Of a DNA stretch of 64,000 nt, positions 39,061-47,986 are shown piece after piece. The notes under the pieces were generated by a model, which saw only the letters and a list, made by a program, of their open reading frames with translations, made no database searches and was not told where the DNA came from. Made by a program: the position numbers and the translations under genes. The stretch's first letter is position 1. Each line of letters begins with the position of its first letter. The DNA is from an uncultured archaeon (GTDB lineage: Archaea; Aenigmatarchaeota; Aenigmatarchaeia; CG10238-14; SCSR01). The DNA lies in assembly GCA_964400475.1 (NCBI GenBank), contig CAYNTH010000001.1, forward strand, positions 819-64,818. Reading direction: 5' to 3'.

Positions 39061-40233
39061 TTAAACACCGGTTAAATTGTTTTCTTTTAGGTACAGATTT
39101 AGATCTTCCCTTAATTCTCTAGACATATCAAGAAGACCACACTTGGTACAACAGTCCATCATAACATCATTGGTGATATTATTCCTTATTTTTTTAAAAT
39201 ACTCACCGTACCAAATCTCTTCCAAGTCTTTGTCTCTTACATTCAAATTTTCGATACCCATTCCATGTGGGACACAATGGCTGACCCCACCCTTTGGGCA
39301 TATTAATAACCCGTAAAATGGTTCAAAACATCTGGATTTACAAAATTTATTTTTAATACGATTTTCTTTGTTGTTGTTCTCCATATCAGCGTTTTCTATA
39401 TCATTTCCAATTGAATATATTTCTTTTACCATATCCAAATCTAGTTTAAAGTTTTTGTACCTTTCAGCTATTTTTTTGGATTTTTTGATACCTTCCAGCA
39501 TAATTTTTTCTTCATTTTTATTCATTACCAAATGTTTAACTTGTGGTTCAATTTCATCATATACTCTCATGGGGTGTAATGCCAATTCATTACATCCGAC
39601 CTTTTTAACATATTTTACAATGTCTACAATCTTGTCGTAATTTCTATTAGTGATTACCGTATTGATCTGTATTATTGGTTTGTCTGTTTTGAACAACTTC
39701 TTGTATTTTTTAAAGAAAAGTAAATTTTTGGTAACCCTTTCAAATGCAGTTCCAATTCCTGAAATGTATTCCTGTGTTTCTTTATCTGATCCATGAATAC
39801 TAAAAATTATTCGATCCATTTTAAGCCCAACTAGTTTTTTGATATCATCCTGCTCAAGCAGAAAACCATTTGTTATAATTTCACAATTACTTTCCTGATT
39901 TTTTCGTTTAATTCTATATATCATAGAAAGGGTAGTGTCATATCTTACTAGTGGCTCACCTCCTCCTAAGAATCTCCATTCATGTACCCCCAATTCTATA
40001 CCTTTGTCTACAATATCCAGCCACTCTTCTTTATTTAGTTCATCTTCTCTTTTGAATCTTCCCGAATTCCTTGCAACTGAATTTGGGCAGAAAAAACATC
40101 TAAAATTACATCTGTTTGTGGGTATTATAGAGATTTTAAAGGGAGCTGATTGATTGCCTCTAGACCATTCGGCCAGTCTTCTAAGCTTTTCAACATAATG
40201 CGTATTGTTATATCTGTTATATGATTTACTCAT
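39061..40233 (-). CDS. Radical SAM enzyme with SPASM/Twitch-type tail, array paralog 20
   Basis: IPTNRCNFRCFFCP, FLGGGEPL, ITNGFL, SIHGSDKETQEYISG. Tail: RCFEPFYGLLICPKGGVSHC...CCTKC. Confidence 0.9.
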   Translation of the reverse strand: MSKSYNRYNNTHYVEKLRRLAEWSRGNQSAPFKISIIPTNRCNFRCFFCPNSVARNSGRFKREDELNKEEWLDIVDKGIELGVHEWRFLGGGEPLVRYDTTLSMIYRIKRKNQESNCEIITNGFLLEQDDIKKLVGLKMDRIIFSIHGSDKETQEYISGIGTAFERVTKNLLFFKKYKKLFKTDKPIIQINTVITNRNYDKIVDIVKYVKKVGCNELALHPMRVYDEIEPQVKHLVMNKNEEKIMLEGIKKSKKIAERYKNFKLDLDMVKEIYSIGNDIENADMENNNKENRIKNKFCKSRCFEPFYGLLICPKGGVSHCVPHGMGIENLNVRDKDLEEIWYGEYFKKIRNNITNDVMMDCCTKCGLLDMSRELREDLNLYLKENNLTGV

Positions 40234-40234
40234 T

Positions 40235-41311
40235 TTAACCCTGACTCAATTGTTTTCGTATATTTTCATTTTCCTCTACTAGAGGTACGCAACATCTTTT
40301 GCAACATTCTGGTAATTCTTTATTTTTAATCTTCTTACGTATATCGTTGAAATACTCACCGTACCAAATCTCTTCCAAGCTTTTGTCTTTAATATTTACA
40401 ACCTTCGAGTTGAATTGTGAGCATGGTGTTACATACCCATTTGAATTTATGTTAATAGCGTACCATGGAATGAAACACGGTATATAATCATCGTTTTTTT
40501 TGACATCTTCGGATAGAATTATTTCGTCCATATTATTGGATTTTATTGTTAATTCTTTTTCAATGATATCTCTAAGATTAGTCGATATTCCCAATCTTTC
40601 AGATTCTTTTTCGGCTTTTTTCAATTCCCCTTTGACATCGCTTAGAATGTTGTGATCGATTTTTAGTTTTTTGGATTTTTCAGTGAATTCAATCATGGGT
40701 AATATAAATACATGTTCACATTCCATTTTTTTGGCGAGTTTTATCACATCTATGATTTCCGTATAATTTCTTTTACAGAGTACAGTGTTTATTTCAATTT
40801 TTGGTTTTCGTAATCCAAGCTCTTTTTTGTATTTTTTGAAGAGTTCGATTGAATTGGTTGTTTTTTTGTATGAATTATCTGCACCTCGCAAATAATCATG
40901 GGTTTTTTCATTGCCATCAACACTGAATCTTATGAAATCCCATCCAATTTCCGTTAAACTAAATATTTCTTCCTCTTCTAACAATGTTCCATTTGTGACT
41001 ATTGAACCGTCCATGTTATTTTTTTTGATTTTTTTCATCATTTCTAATATAACGTCTTTTCTTACAAACGGTTCTCCTCCGAGTATGCTGAAAACTTCTA
41101 CACCCAATTCCCCTGCGGTTTCCACAATTTTTAACAATTCATCTTTATTCAATTCTTTATTGTTTTTTTCAAGTAGTGGAAAATTACAAAATTTACACTT
41201 TAAGTTGCATTTTTCTGTGATGAATACATCCATTTTTACAGGAGGTTGTGGATATCCTTCAAACCATGAAGTCACGTTTTTTGTTACGTTTTCAATATTT
41301 ATTCGTATCAC
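40235..41311 (-). CDS. Radical SAM enzyme with SPASM/Twitch-type tail, array paralog 21
   Basis: FITEKCNLKCKFCN, ILGGEPF, VTNGTL, SVDGNEKTHDYLRG. Tail: PCFIPWYAININSNGYVTPC...CCKRCC. Confidence 0.9.
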   Translation of the reverse strand: MIRINIENVTKNVTSWFEGYPQPPVKMDVFITEKCNLKCKFCNFPLLEKNNKELNKDELLKIVETAGELGVEVFSILGGEPFVRKDVILEMMKKIKKNNMDGSIVTNGTLLEEEEIFSLTEIGWDFIRFSVDGNEKTHDYLRGADNSYKKTTNSIELFKKYKKELGLRKPKIEINTVLCKRNYTEIIDVIKLAKKMECEHVFILPMIEFTEKSKKLKIDHNILSDVKGELKKAEKESERLGISTNLRDIIEKELTIKSNNMDEIILSEDVKKNDDYIPCFIPWYAININSNGYVTPCSQFNSKVVNIKDKSLEEIWYGEYFNDIRKKIKNKELPECCKRCCVPLVEENENIRKQLSQG

Positions 41312-42359
41312 CTTTCAGTATCTTCCTGACCTTTTCGTTTAATTCTGGCCTCAATTTATTACAGTTCTTGCACCTATCAGGTAATATACTCGATATCATC
41401 TTATTTCTGAATTCGTTGAATTCTTTCCCATACCATATCTCGCTGAACGTCTTGTTTTTAATGTTACCTAGATTTATTTGATTTAATGGGCATACGGTTA
41501 CATTTCCATCTGAATTTATTGTTGGTCTAATCCACGGTTCATAACAATATACGTTTTTTATATTTTTTACATTCGTTGATTTTTCATCTAACGCAATATC
41601 GTTTTTTATATTCAAATCAAGAAAGTTATATTTAATTCCATATGATTTTGCAATTTCTTCAGATTCAATCAAGAACTTTTTTGCTATTTTTCTTTGAGAA
41701 TTGTCTAATTTTATTTTTGTCGCAACATCATTTTTTTCTATCATTTCATTTACATCCATGAAATCTATATTTAATTTTGCAGCCATCTCCACGATTTCCG
41801 GAATTTCTTTATAATTTTTAGAACAAATCGTTACTTGAATACCTAATGACGGCAAATCAGACTCGATACTTTTTTTCATTTCGTTGAATTTTTTGATATT
41901 CTCTATAGCTTTGTCAAAAGCCCCATCAACCCCTCTCAGATAATCATGCGTTTCAGCATCCGGGCCATCTATACTGAACATGATATTATCCCATCCCATA
42001 TCAACTGTCTTCTCTATGAGTTCATCGGTCCATAAAGTACCGTTCGTTATAATTGTGCCCGTTATATTGTTAGATTTAATTATTTTCATAAGTTCTTTAG
42101 TAACGTCTGGGTTATGTAGTGGCTCTCCCCCACCACTTAAATAAATTTTTTCAACCCCCATTTCACACAATTCTTTAGTTACATTAATCAATTCATCCTT
42201 TTTGATATCTTTCATTGTGTTTTTTTTATAGGATGGTACATTGCAAAATATACATTTCAGATTGCATAATCTGAATGGGTGTATTTCTACTGAATATGGT
42301 GAAAATTTTATATTAGATTTCCATTTCATTATTCTTTCAGTGATTTTATCTACTTTCAT
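41292..42359 (-). CDS. Radical SAM enzyme with SPASM/Twitch-type tail, array paralog 22
   Basis: HPFRLCNLKCIFCN, LSGGGEPL, ITNGTL, SIDGPDAETHDYLRGVDGAFDKA. Tail: YCYEPWIRPTINSDGNVTVC...RCKNC. Confidence 0.9.
   Translation of the reverse strand: MKVDKITERIMKWKSNIKFSPYSVEIHPFRLCNLKCIFCNVPSYKKNTMKDIKKDELINVTKELCEMGVEKIYLSGGGEPLHNPDVTKELMKIIKSNNITGTIITNGTLWTDELIEKTVDMGWDNIMFSIDGPDAETHDYLRGVDGAFDKAIENIKKFNEMKKSIESDLPSLGIQVTICSKNYKEIPEIVEMAAKLNIDFMDVNEMIEKNDVATKIKLDNSQRKIAKKFLIESEEIAKSYGIKYNFLDLNIKNDIALDEKSTNVKNIKNVYCYEPWIRPTINSDGNVTVCPLNQINLGNIKNKTFSEIWYGKEFNEFRNKMISSILPDRCKNCNKLRPELNEKVRKILKGDTNKY
41896..42044. repeat. 149-bp perfect identity tract (partner 37198-37346)
   Basis: See the partner entry. 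A further 82-bp perfect tract links 36654-36735 with 42454-42535 (paralogs 18 and 23), and 61 bp of it recur at 41405-41465 (paralog 22). Confidence 0.9.
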
Positions 42360-42363
42360 AAAA

Positions 42364-43467
42364 TCATTTCGATTTTATTTCTTTTAGGCTATTCCTTATT
42401 TTTTTATTCAATGATAGATGGGTTGATACACAGTTCTCACAGCCCTCTGGTAAATCTCTATCCATGATCCTTCTTCTGAATTCGTTGAATTCTTTCCCAT
42501 ACCATATCTCGCTGAACGTCTTGTTTTTAATGTTGGCATTTAAACTGTTAGTCGAACAAACTCCTATTGTACCATCTGCCTCTATCTTGGGCCATAACCA
42601 CGGTTCATAACAAGGTAGATTCAGGAATGAGTTATCCAATCCCGTGTTCTCGCTATTAGATAGTATCTGTTCTTTTAATTCACCCGTTTTTTCAACGTTC
42701 TCAACTTCTAAAATATCTTCGATATTAGTCGTAATATTCAGAGATTCCGATATCTGTACGACCTTTGGTACAATATTTTCAATAAAAAACATCCTCTCAC
42801 TTTCGTCAAGTTTTAAGTTTTTTACAGATGGGTTGCTCACAAATACAGGTTCTATAGTGATGTTTTCAACCCTCAATTCACTTGCCATCTCCACGATTTC
42901 CGGAATTTCTTTATAATTTATATTTGTGAGTACGGTGCTGAATTCGAGTTTTGGTATATCTCTTTTTGTTTCTTTTTTGTAGTCGTTAAAATATTTTATA
43001 TTTTTAATGATTTTTTCGAAGCATCCTTCCACACCCCTGGATTTATTTTGAATATCTGCGTTGGGACCATCCACACTGAAAATAACATTATCCCATCCCA
43101 TATCAACTGTTTTCTCTATGAGTTCATCGGTCCACAGAGTGCCGTTATTAACCAATCTTCCAGTTTTTTTGAATGATTTTACGATTTCCATCATTTCAAT
43201 AACAATATCGGATACAATCATCGGTTCTCCACCGCCGCTAATTTGTATTATATCAACCCCCATTTCACACAATTCTTTAGTTATAGAAATCCATTTTTCT
43301 TTTCCCAATTCATCAGTATAGTCGTATGGGGACAATCTCTGGAAGCAAAATGGACATTTCAAATTGCATCTATTTGTTGGATAAACAAGAACTCTTTGAG
43401 GTCCAGCTTTATCTCCATCGGACCATTTTCCCAACCGATTAACTAAATTTTGAATTTCCATTATCAA
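42364..43467 (-). CDS. Radical SAM enzyme with SPASM/Twitch-type tail, array paralog 23
   Basis: YPTNRCNLKCPFCF, ISGGGEPM, VNNGTL, SVDGPNADIQNKSRG. Tail: PCYEPWLWPKIEADGTIGVC...GCENC. Confidence 0.9.
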   Translation of the reverse strand: MIMEIQNLVNRLGKWSDGDKAGPQRVLVYPTNRCNLKCPFCFQRLSPYDYTDELGKEKWISITKELCEMGVDIIQISGGGEPMIVSDIVIEMMEIVKSFKKTGRLVNNGTLWTDELIEKTVDMGWDNVIFSVDGPNADIQNKSRGVEGCFEKIIKNIKYFNDYKKETKRDIPKLEFSTVLTNINYKEIPEIVEMASELRVENITIEPVFVSNPSVKNLKLDESERMFFIENIVPKVVQISESLNITTNIEDILEVENVEKTGELKEQILSNSENTGLDNSFLNLPCYEPWLWPKIEADGTIGVCSTNSLNANIKNKTFSEIWYGKEFNEFRRRIMDRDLPEGCENCVSTHLSLNKKIRNSLKEIKSK

Positions 43468-43597
43468 AACGTCTTAGAATTTTATATGATTCTGCAGGAA
43501 TATTATTATCTTAAAAATTTAAGAATATTCTAATTATTTACTTAATATTTTATTATTGATTACTATATAATCGATTGTATTACGAATAGAGATATAG
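43468..43597. promoter_or_regulatory. Divergent promoter region between paralog 23 and the B12-type rSAM gene
   Basis: A 130-bp AT-rich spacer. TATA-like tttatat lies at 43481-43487 and ctatataa at 43563-43570, each ~20-35 nt from the adjacent start. Confidence 0.3.
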
Positions 43598-45010
43598 GTG
43601 GATAAAATTAAAATAGTCCTTGTCCATTCGCCACATTTCCATCAACAGTTCATGGAGAATTTAGAATTCGTTAGTAATAATTTTGGCAAGTTCCCCCCAT
43701 TGGGATTGATGTATGTATCTTCGATATTGAAATCACATGGACACGATGTTATTATCATAGATTCTAATGTAGAGGGGCTTTCTAAAAAGGAGACAGTGAG
43801 CAGAATTAAGGAATTCAATCCAAATTTGGTCGGTTTCATGCTAACTATTTTCATGGGGGGAGAAACTTTAAAATGGGCCAGATATGTTAAAGAAAAAACA
43901 GGGTTACCAATAATTGTCGGAAATTATGCAATGGTACATTATCCAGAATCCATAATATCAAATGATTTTGTGGATTATGGTATTATTGGATCTGCTAGAG
44001 AGTCATTGCCTAGATTGATTGATTCATTGGAAAATAATAACGACATTAAGAATATAGAAGGGATTGCATTCAAAGACAGTGATGGAAAATTAATAATCAA
44101 TATGCCAAAAGATATCACCGAAGATTTGAATAAATTGCCCTTTCCTGACAGAGATTCTATAGATAATTCTAAGTATTATAGCATGGCCTCCAAGAAGAAA
44201 CCATTTACCATAATGACTACATCTTATGGTTGTCCATTTAATTGCGATTTTTGTGATATGGGCAGATTCGGTTATAGGGAACGTGATGTTGGTCAGGTTG
44301 TTGATGAGATCGAAATATGTGTTAAAAAATATGGTATAAAGGAAATCGATATTTTTGATAGGGATTTTTTAATAAATAAAGAACGGAGCAGGAAAATATG
44401 TGAAAAGATAATTGAACGTGGTATAGAAGTTGATTGGTCTTGTAGAACCAGAGTCGATCAAGTTGATGAAGATATATTGAAACTTATGAAGGATGCCGGG
44501 TGTAGATTAATTTTATATGGCATAGAATCTGGAGATCAGAAGATATTGGATAATGAACATAAGGGAATAAAGTTAAGTCAGATTAAAAATTCGATACAAA
44601 TTACTAAGAATATTGGAATAGAAACACTAGGATTTATAATAATCGGTCATCCTGGTGATACGATTGAGACTATAAGAAAGACCATTAATTTTTCAAAGGA
44701 ATTACCTCTTGATTATGTTCAATTCTTTAAGATGAGTGGAAAACCTGGTGCTAAGTTGTATGATCAAATAGTCGATGAGATGGGATACGATTATTTTGAA
44801 AAGTTTTTGAGGTTAGATATAGATGAGAGAGATTTACCAAGACCATGGACGGATTTGAGTAGCGAAGAAATCGAGAAGTGGGTTTCTAGGGCGTATGTAG
44901 AGTTCTATATGAGACCTAAATATTTGTTCAAACGACTCGTTAATGTAAGGTCCCCTAATGAATTTCTTAAATATTTAAGAGTAGGTGCTGAGATGTTATA
45001 TTCAATTTAA
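43598..45010 (+). CDS. B12-binding-domain-type (class B-like) radical SAM enzyme
   Basis: KIVLVHSP...PPLGLMYVSSILKSHGHDVIIIDSN (B12-binding-like N-domain), then TTSYGCPFNCDFCDM (CX3CX2C). 470 aa. Confidence 0.85.
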   Translation: MDKIKIVLVHSPHFHQQFMENLEFVSNNFGKFPPLGLMYVSSILKSHGHDVIIIDSNVEGLSKKETVSRIKEFNPNLVGFMLTIFMGGETLKWARYVKEKTGLPIIVGNYAMVHYPESIISNDFVDYGIIGSARESLPRLIDSLENNNDIKNIEGIAFKDSDGKLIINMPKDITEDLNKLPFPDRDSIDNSKYYSMASKKKPFTIMTTSYGCPFNCDFCDMGRFGYRERDVGQVVDEIEICVKKYGIKEIDIFDRDFLINKERSRKICEKIIERGIEVDWSCRTRVDQVDEDILKLMKDAGCRLILYGIESGDQKILDNEHKGIKLSQIKNSIQITKNIGIETLGFIIIGHPGDTIETIRKTINFSKELPLDYVQFFKMSGKPGAKLYDQIVDEMGYDYFEKFLRLDIDERDLPRPWTDLSSEEIEKWVSRAYVEFYMRPKYLFKRLVNVRSPNEFLKYLRVGAEMLYSI

Positions 45011-45067
45011 TAATTCCTATTATTAAAATATCATTATATCTATAATTTGAATAATTAAGTTGGTTTA

Positions 45068-46624
45068 ATGATATTTGGTAATTTTACTGCAGGATTTGAT
45101 GCTAATATATGGAAAAAAATGATAAGCGACAGAGTTCTTCTTGCAATTTTTTTAATCGTGTTCCTCTTTTCGACGTATTCTATGATTTATTGGAAAAATA
45201 ATTACAAATATTGTTCTGCATGTTCAGATACAGCTTTCGAAATAAACGCACTTTTTAATTCAGTATCAGGAAATCTGAATAATTTTTTTTATTCCACTCT
45301 CGGAGATAGAAGTATGATACACGACCACACCAATTTGACTTTTTTATTATATATTATAATTTTCTATATTTTTCCCAGCTTTAATACATATTATTTTCTT
45401 CACGGATTGACATTATCAATAGGAGCAATTCCTGTTTATAAAATTTCAGAACTGAAATTCAAATCCAGAAGAATAGCATTTTTGTTTTCATTATTATTTT
45501 TATTCAACCCACTGACAATTTTATTTTTAAAGGGGAAGGTTCTATTAAGAACTTATTCTGCAATCCCATTTTTACTTTTTACATGGTACTTTTATGAAAA
45601 AAAGAATTTCCGATATTTTACAATATTTTTAATTTTATCTTTGTTAACAAAAGAAAATATATCCCTAGTTTCGATTATGATGGGTTTATATTTTTGGATA
45701 AAGGGAGATAAAAAATATTCAAAAATTTCATTCATTGGAGGAATTTTGATATTTTTGTTATATTTATCTAATTTATTCGGTTACTTTGATGCATCCTATC
45801 ACAAGGTTATAGAGATACATTTTGGTAAGGATTTCATCGAGAATAAATTATATTTGAATCCTTTTAATGTATTTGAAAGGATATTTTCTGTTAATAATAT
45901 TAATTATCTTATTATTATTTTCTCGTTTTTTTCTTTTCTTCCATTAGTTGCTCCAGAAATATTGATAATAGCTGTTCCCAAATTCTTGGAAAATTTATTA
46001 TACGTAGACATTGACATAACTTCCAAGAATAATGCAATATTATTTCCATTATTATTCATTTCCATGATTTATGGGACTCATAATCTTAAAAAACGTATTA
46101 AAAATCCGAATTTGAAAAGACATTCAACTTTTTTGATTTTCTTAGTTTTGTTTTTCGGTTATATCATCTTCTTTAATCATTACATGATATTTAGTGGATA
46201 TGTACATAGAATAGTTGGGGTAAATAGAGGTTGTAAAGAATTAATGACGGATACCATATACGGTACAGGTCTCGCTGATTTTTTTTATTACCCTAAAACA
46301 GATGCATACGATTTGAAATGGAATTATGTACTTGAACTAAAAGATAAACTGCCTAAAAATGCTAGTTTGGTAGTTGATAGAAGTTTAACATTACCTTTTG
46401 CAGACAGACCAGGCGTTTATATGATACATGCAGCTGAGAGAAACCAAGAAAAAATAGAGTATATTGTTTTAAACGAAGAGCTCATCGATTGTTTGGAAAA
46501 TAAAGATTCCCCGTTATCTGGAGATTTTCATTCTAAATCTAGATATTATTCATATATTGAACAAAATAACATGACTAAGATAAGCCAAAGTAATGGAATA
46601 TCGCTTTTTGGACACGAATCATGA
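45068..46624 (+). CDS. Polytopic membrane protein, DUF2079-like (putative GT-C-type), paralog of 27295-28881
   Basis: DHTNLTFLLYIIIFYIFP...LHGLTLSIGAIPVYKIS and WYFYEKKNFRYFTIFLILSLLTKENISL. The architecture matches the 27295 gene. Confidence 0.5.
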   Translation: MIFGNFTAGFDANIWKKMISDRVLLAIFLIVFLFSTYSMIYWKNNYKYCSACSDTAFEINALFNSVSGNLNNFFYSTLGDRSMIHDHTNLTFLLYIIIFYIFPSFNTYYFLHGLTLSIGAIPVYKISELKFKSRRIAFLFSLLFLFNPLTILFLKGKVLLRTYSAIPFLLFTWYFYEKKNFRYFTIFLILSLLTKENISLVSIMMGLYFWIKGDKKYSKISFIGGILIFLLYLSNLFGYFDASYHKVIEIHFGKDFIENKLYLNPFNVFERIFSVNNINYLIIIFSFFSFLPLVAPEILIIAVPKFLENLLYVDIDITSKNNAILFPLLFISMIYGTHNLKKRIKNPNLKRHSTFLIFLVLFFGYIIFFNHYMIFSGYVHRIVGVNRGCKELMTDTIYGTGLADFFYYPKTDAYDLKWNYVLELKDKLPKNASLVVDRSLTLPFADRPGVYMIHAAERNQEKIEYIVLNEELIDCLENKDSPLSGDFHSKSRYYSYIEQNNMTKISQSNGISLFGHES

Positions 46625-46636
46625 TTTTTTCATATT

Positions 46637-46798
46637 TTATACTAGCGGATATACAAAAATAGGGACAGGAGAAACACTACCAACTATGATTAGGATTCCT
46701 ATTATAAAGAGCACACATATTAATGGCAGTAACCACCATTTCTTATTTTTGAACAGATATCTCAAAAAATCTTTAATGTAATAAAATTTATTTGCCAT
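46637..46798 (-). CDS. Small (53 aa) single-pass membrane protein, DUF5989-like; not in the ORF track
   Basis: Manual translation gives MANKFYYIKDFLRYLFKNKKWWLLPLICVLFIIGILIIVGSVSPVPIFVYPLV. This matches the remembered pattern of the small DUF5989 proteins found in polysaccharide clusters (..KKWWLLPii..LLl.G.l.......s...PFIYtLF). It lies directly downstream of the SGNH gene and is co-directional with it. Confidence 0.6.
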   Translation of the reverse strand: MANKFYYIKDFLRYLFKNKKWWLLPLICVLFIIGILIIVGSVSPVPIFVYPLV

Positions 46799-46858
46799 AA
46801 TAACAACCAATATTTTTTTTCAAATTTAATTGTTTAGATATTTTTGATTAATTGCTGT

Positions 46859-47872
46859 TTATACTGTAATTTTTCTGTATATTCTTTCCGCCATTAGTCT
46901 GTGTGTAAATTCATTCGGATGATTGTCTTTTTCATGTACGCTAGTCTTTTCCCACCCATATTTATGGATTATTTCATCTGCATGTATTACTTCCCATCCA
47001 AAATTATCTGAAATCCTTTCCAGATATACGTTAAATTTACCTATAGGATGTGCAATTAAAATTATCACATCTATCTCCATATCATCGGTGGTATTATTGA
47101 GTTCTAATAAAGGATTCTCGACATTTTGCCAGACTTCTTCGGGATTACTCTCCATTTTCTTATTAAGCTCTTTTTGATATTTTTCGTATGCCGCATCATA
47201 TAATCGATTTCTGTCTCTATCCGGTATTTCCGATTGATTACTTATAGAATTTTTTTCGATGTATTCTTTGGCTAGTCCTCTATATACTTCATATAATTCT
47301 GTTCGATTATGATAATCATCTTCGGTATATTGGAATATTACCATATCTGGATTAAATTCCATTCCTTTTCCTTTCAGGATTTCAACTTTTTCGATGGCAT
47401 TATGCCCTGGGACACCGAAATTTAAGACTTCATATTTCCGATTATCTTCTGTTTTATTATTTAGCATACGTTCTAATGTTTTCACATATGTATCTTCTAA
47501 TTCAACTCCGTGTCCCCATGTGATGGAATCCCCCAATGCAATTATCCTGAAAGTATTGGTTGGTTTTTCTATGGAATATTCGTAATCTCTAAGTCCATGA
47601 GAATTTATCGATATATTCGTTGCAGGTATTTTGACGGTTAGTCCATCAAAAATAGTTTCACAATTTGGAATCAATATGTTGACAGGAATTGAACTATAAT
47701 TAGTTCGTGTGCAATGAAATTTAAATCGCGGCATTTCCGATTCTTTTTCTACATGTCCAAGAATAATGAATTTACCAGTAATCCCATCATTTAGTAACCA
47801 GAAAGATATGAGTGCTGTTACTATTAAGATTGTTGTTGCGTATATTGTATAATATCTACTTTCTTTTCTCAT
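46859..47872 (-). CDS. SGNH/GDSL-family hydrolase (esterase or acyl-modifying) with an N-terminal membrane anchor
   Basis: Block I is FRIIALGDSITWGHGV. Block V is EKDNHPNEFTH (DxxH). N-terminal TM segment YYTIYATTILIVTALISFWLL. Confidence 0.8.
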   Translation of the reverse strand: MRKESRYYTIYATTILIVTALISFWLLNDGITGKFIILGHVEKESEMPRFKFHCTRTNYSSIPVNILIPNCETIFDGLTVKIPATNISINSHGLRDYEYSIEKPTNTFRIIALGDSITWGHGVELEDTYVKTLERMLNNKTEDNRKYEVLNFGVPGHNAIEKVEILKGKGMEFNPDMVIFQYTEDDYHNRTELYEVYRGLAKEYIEKNSISNQSEIPDRDRNRLYDAAYEKYQKELNKKMESNPEEVWQNVENPLLELNNTTDDMEIDVIILIAHPIGKFNVYLERISDNFGWEVIHADEIIHKYGWEKTSVHEKDNHPNEFTHRLMAERIYRKITV

Positions 47873-47986
47873 TTAAAGCATCTAATTTTATTTTAGTTTG
47901 AAAATTTAAATTAAACCATAATTCGTGTAACTCACTTTTTAAATTAAGGTTAAATATCTTTAATCAATTTATTATTCATCCGCAAT
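47873..47986. promoter_or_regulatory. Divergent promoter region between the SGNH operon and paralogs 24-27
   Basis: A 114-bp AT-rich spacer with the TATA-like ttaaatat at 47950-47957, ~30 nt upstream of ATG 47987. Confidence 0.3.

Noticed and set aside
14014-43321. Recurrent antisense ORFs inside the rSAM genes, many containing a conserved-looking GSPPP motif (for example 14014-14349, 21224-21496, 24011-24280, 29471-29911, 39935-40153, 43061-43321).
   Set aside because: GSPPP is simply the reverse-complement reading of the GGGEP codons. These ORFs are hydrophobic and Ser/Ile/Phe-rich shadows of AT-rich genes, and they fully overlap well-supported CDSs.
46593-46781. A plus-strand 62-aa track ORF overlapping the end of the DUF2079-like gene.
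   Set aside because: It has no recognisable features and overlaps the better-supported minus-strand 53-aa membrane ORF, which has a family-like pattern.
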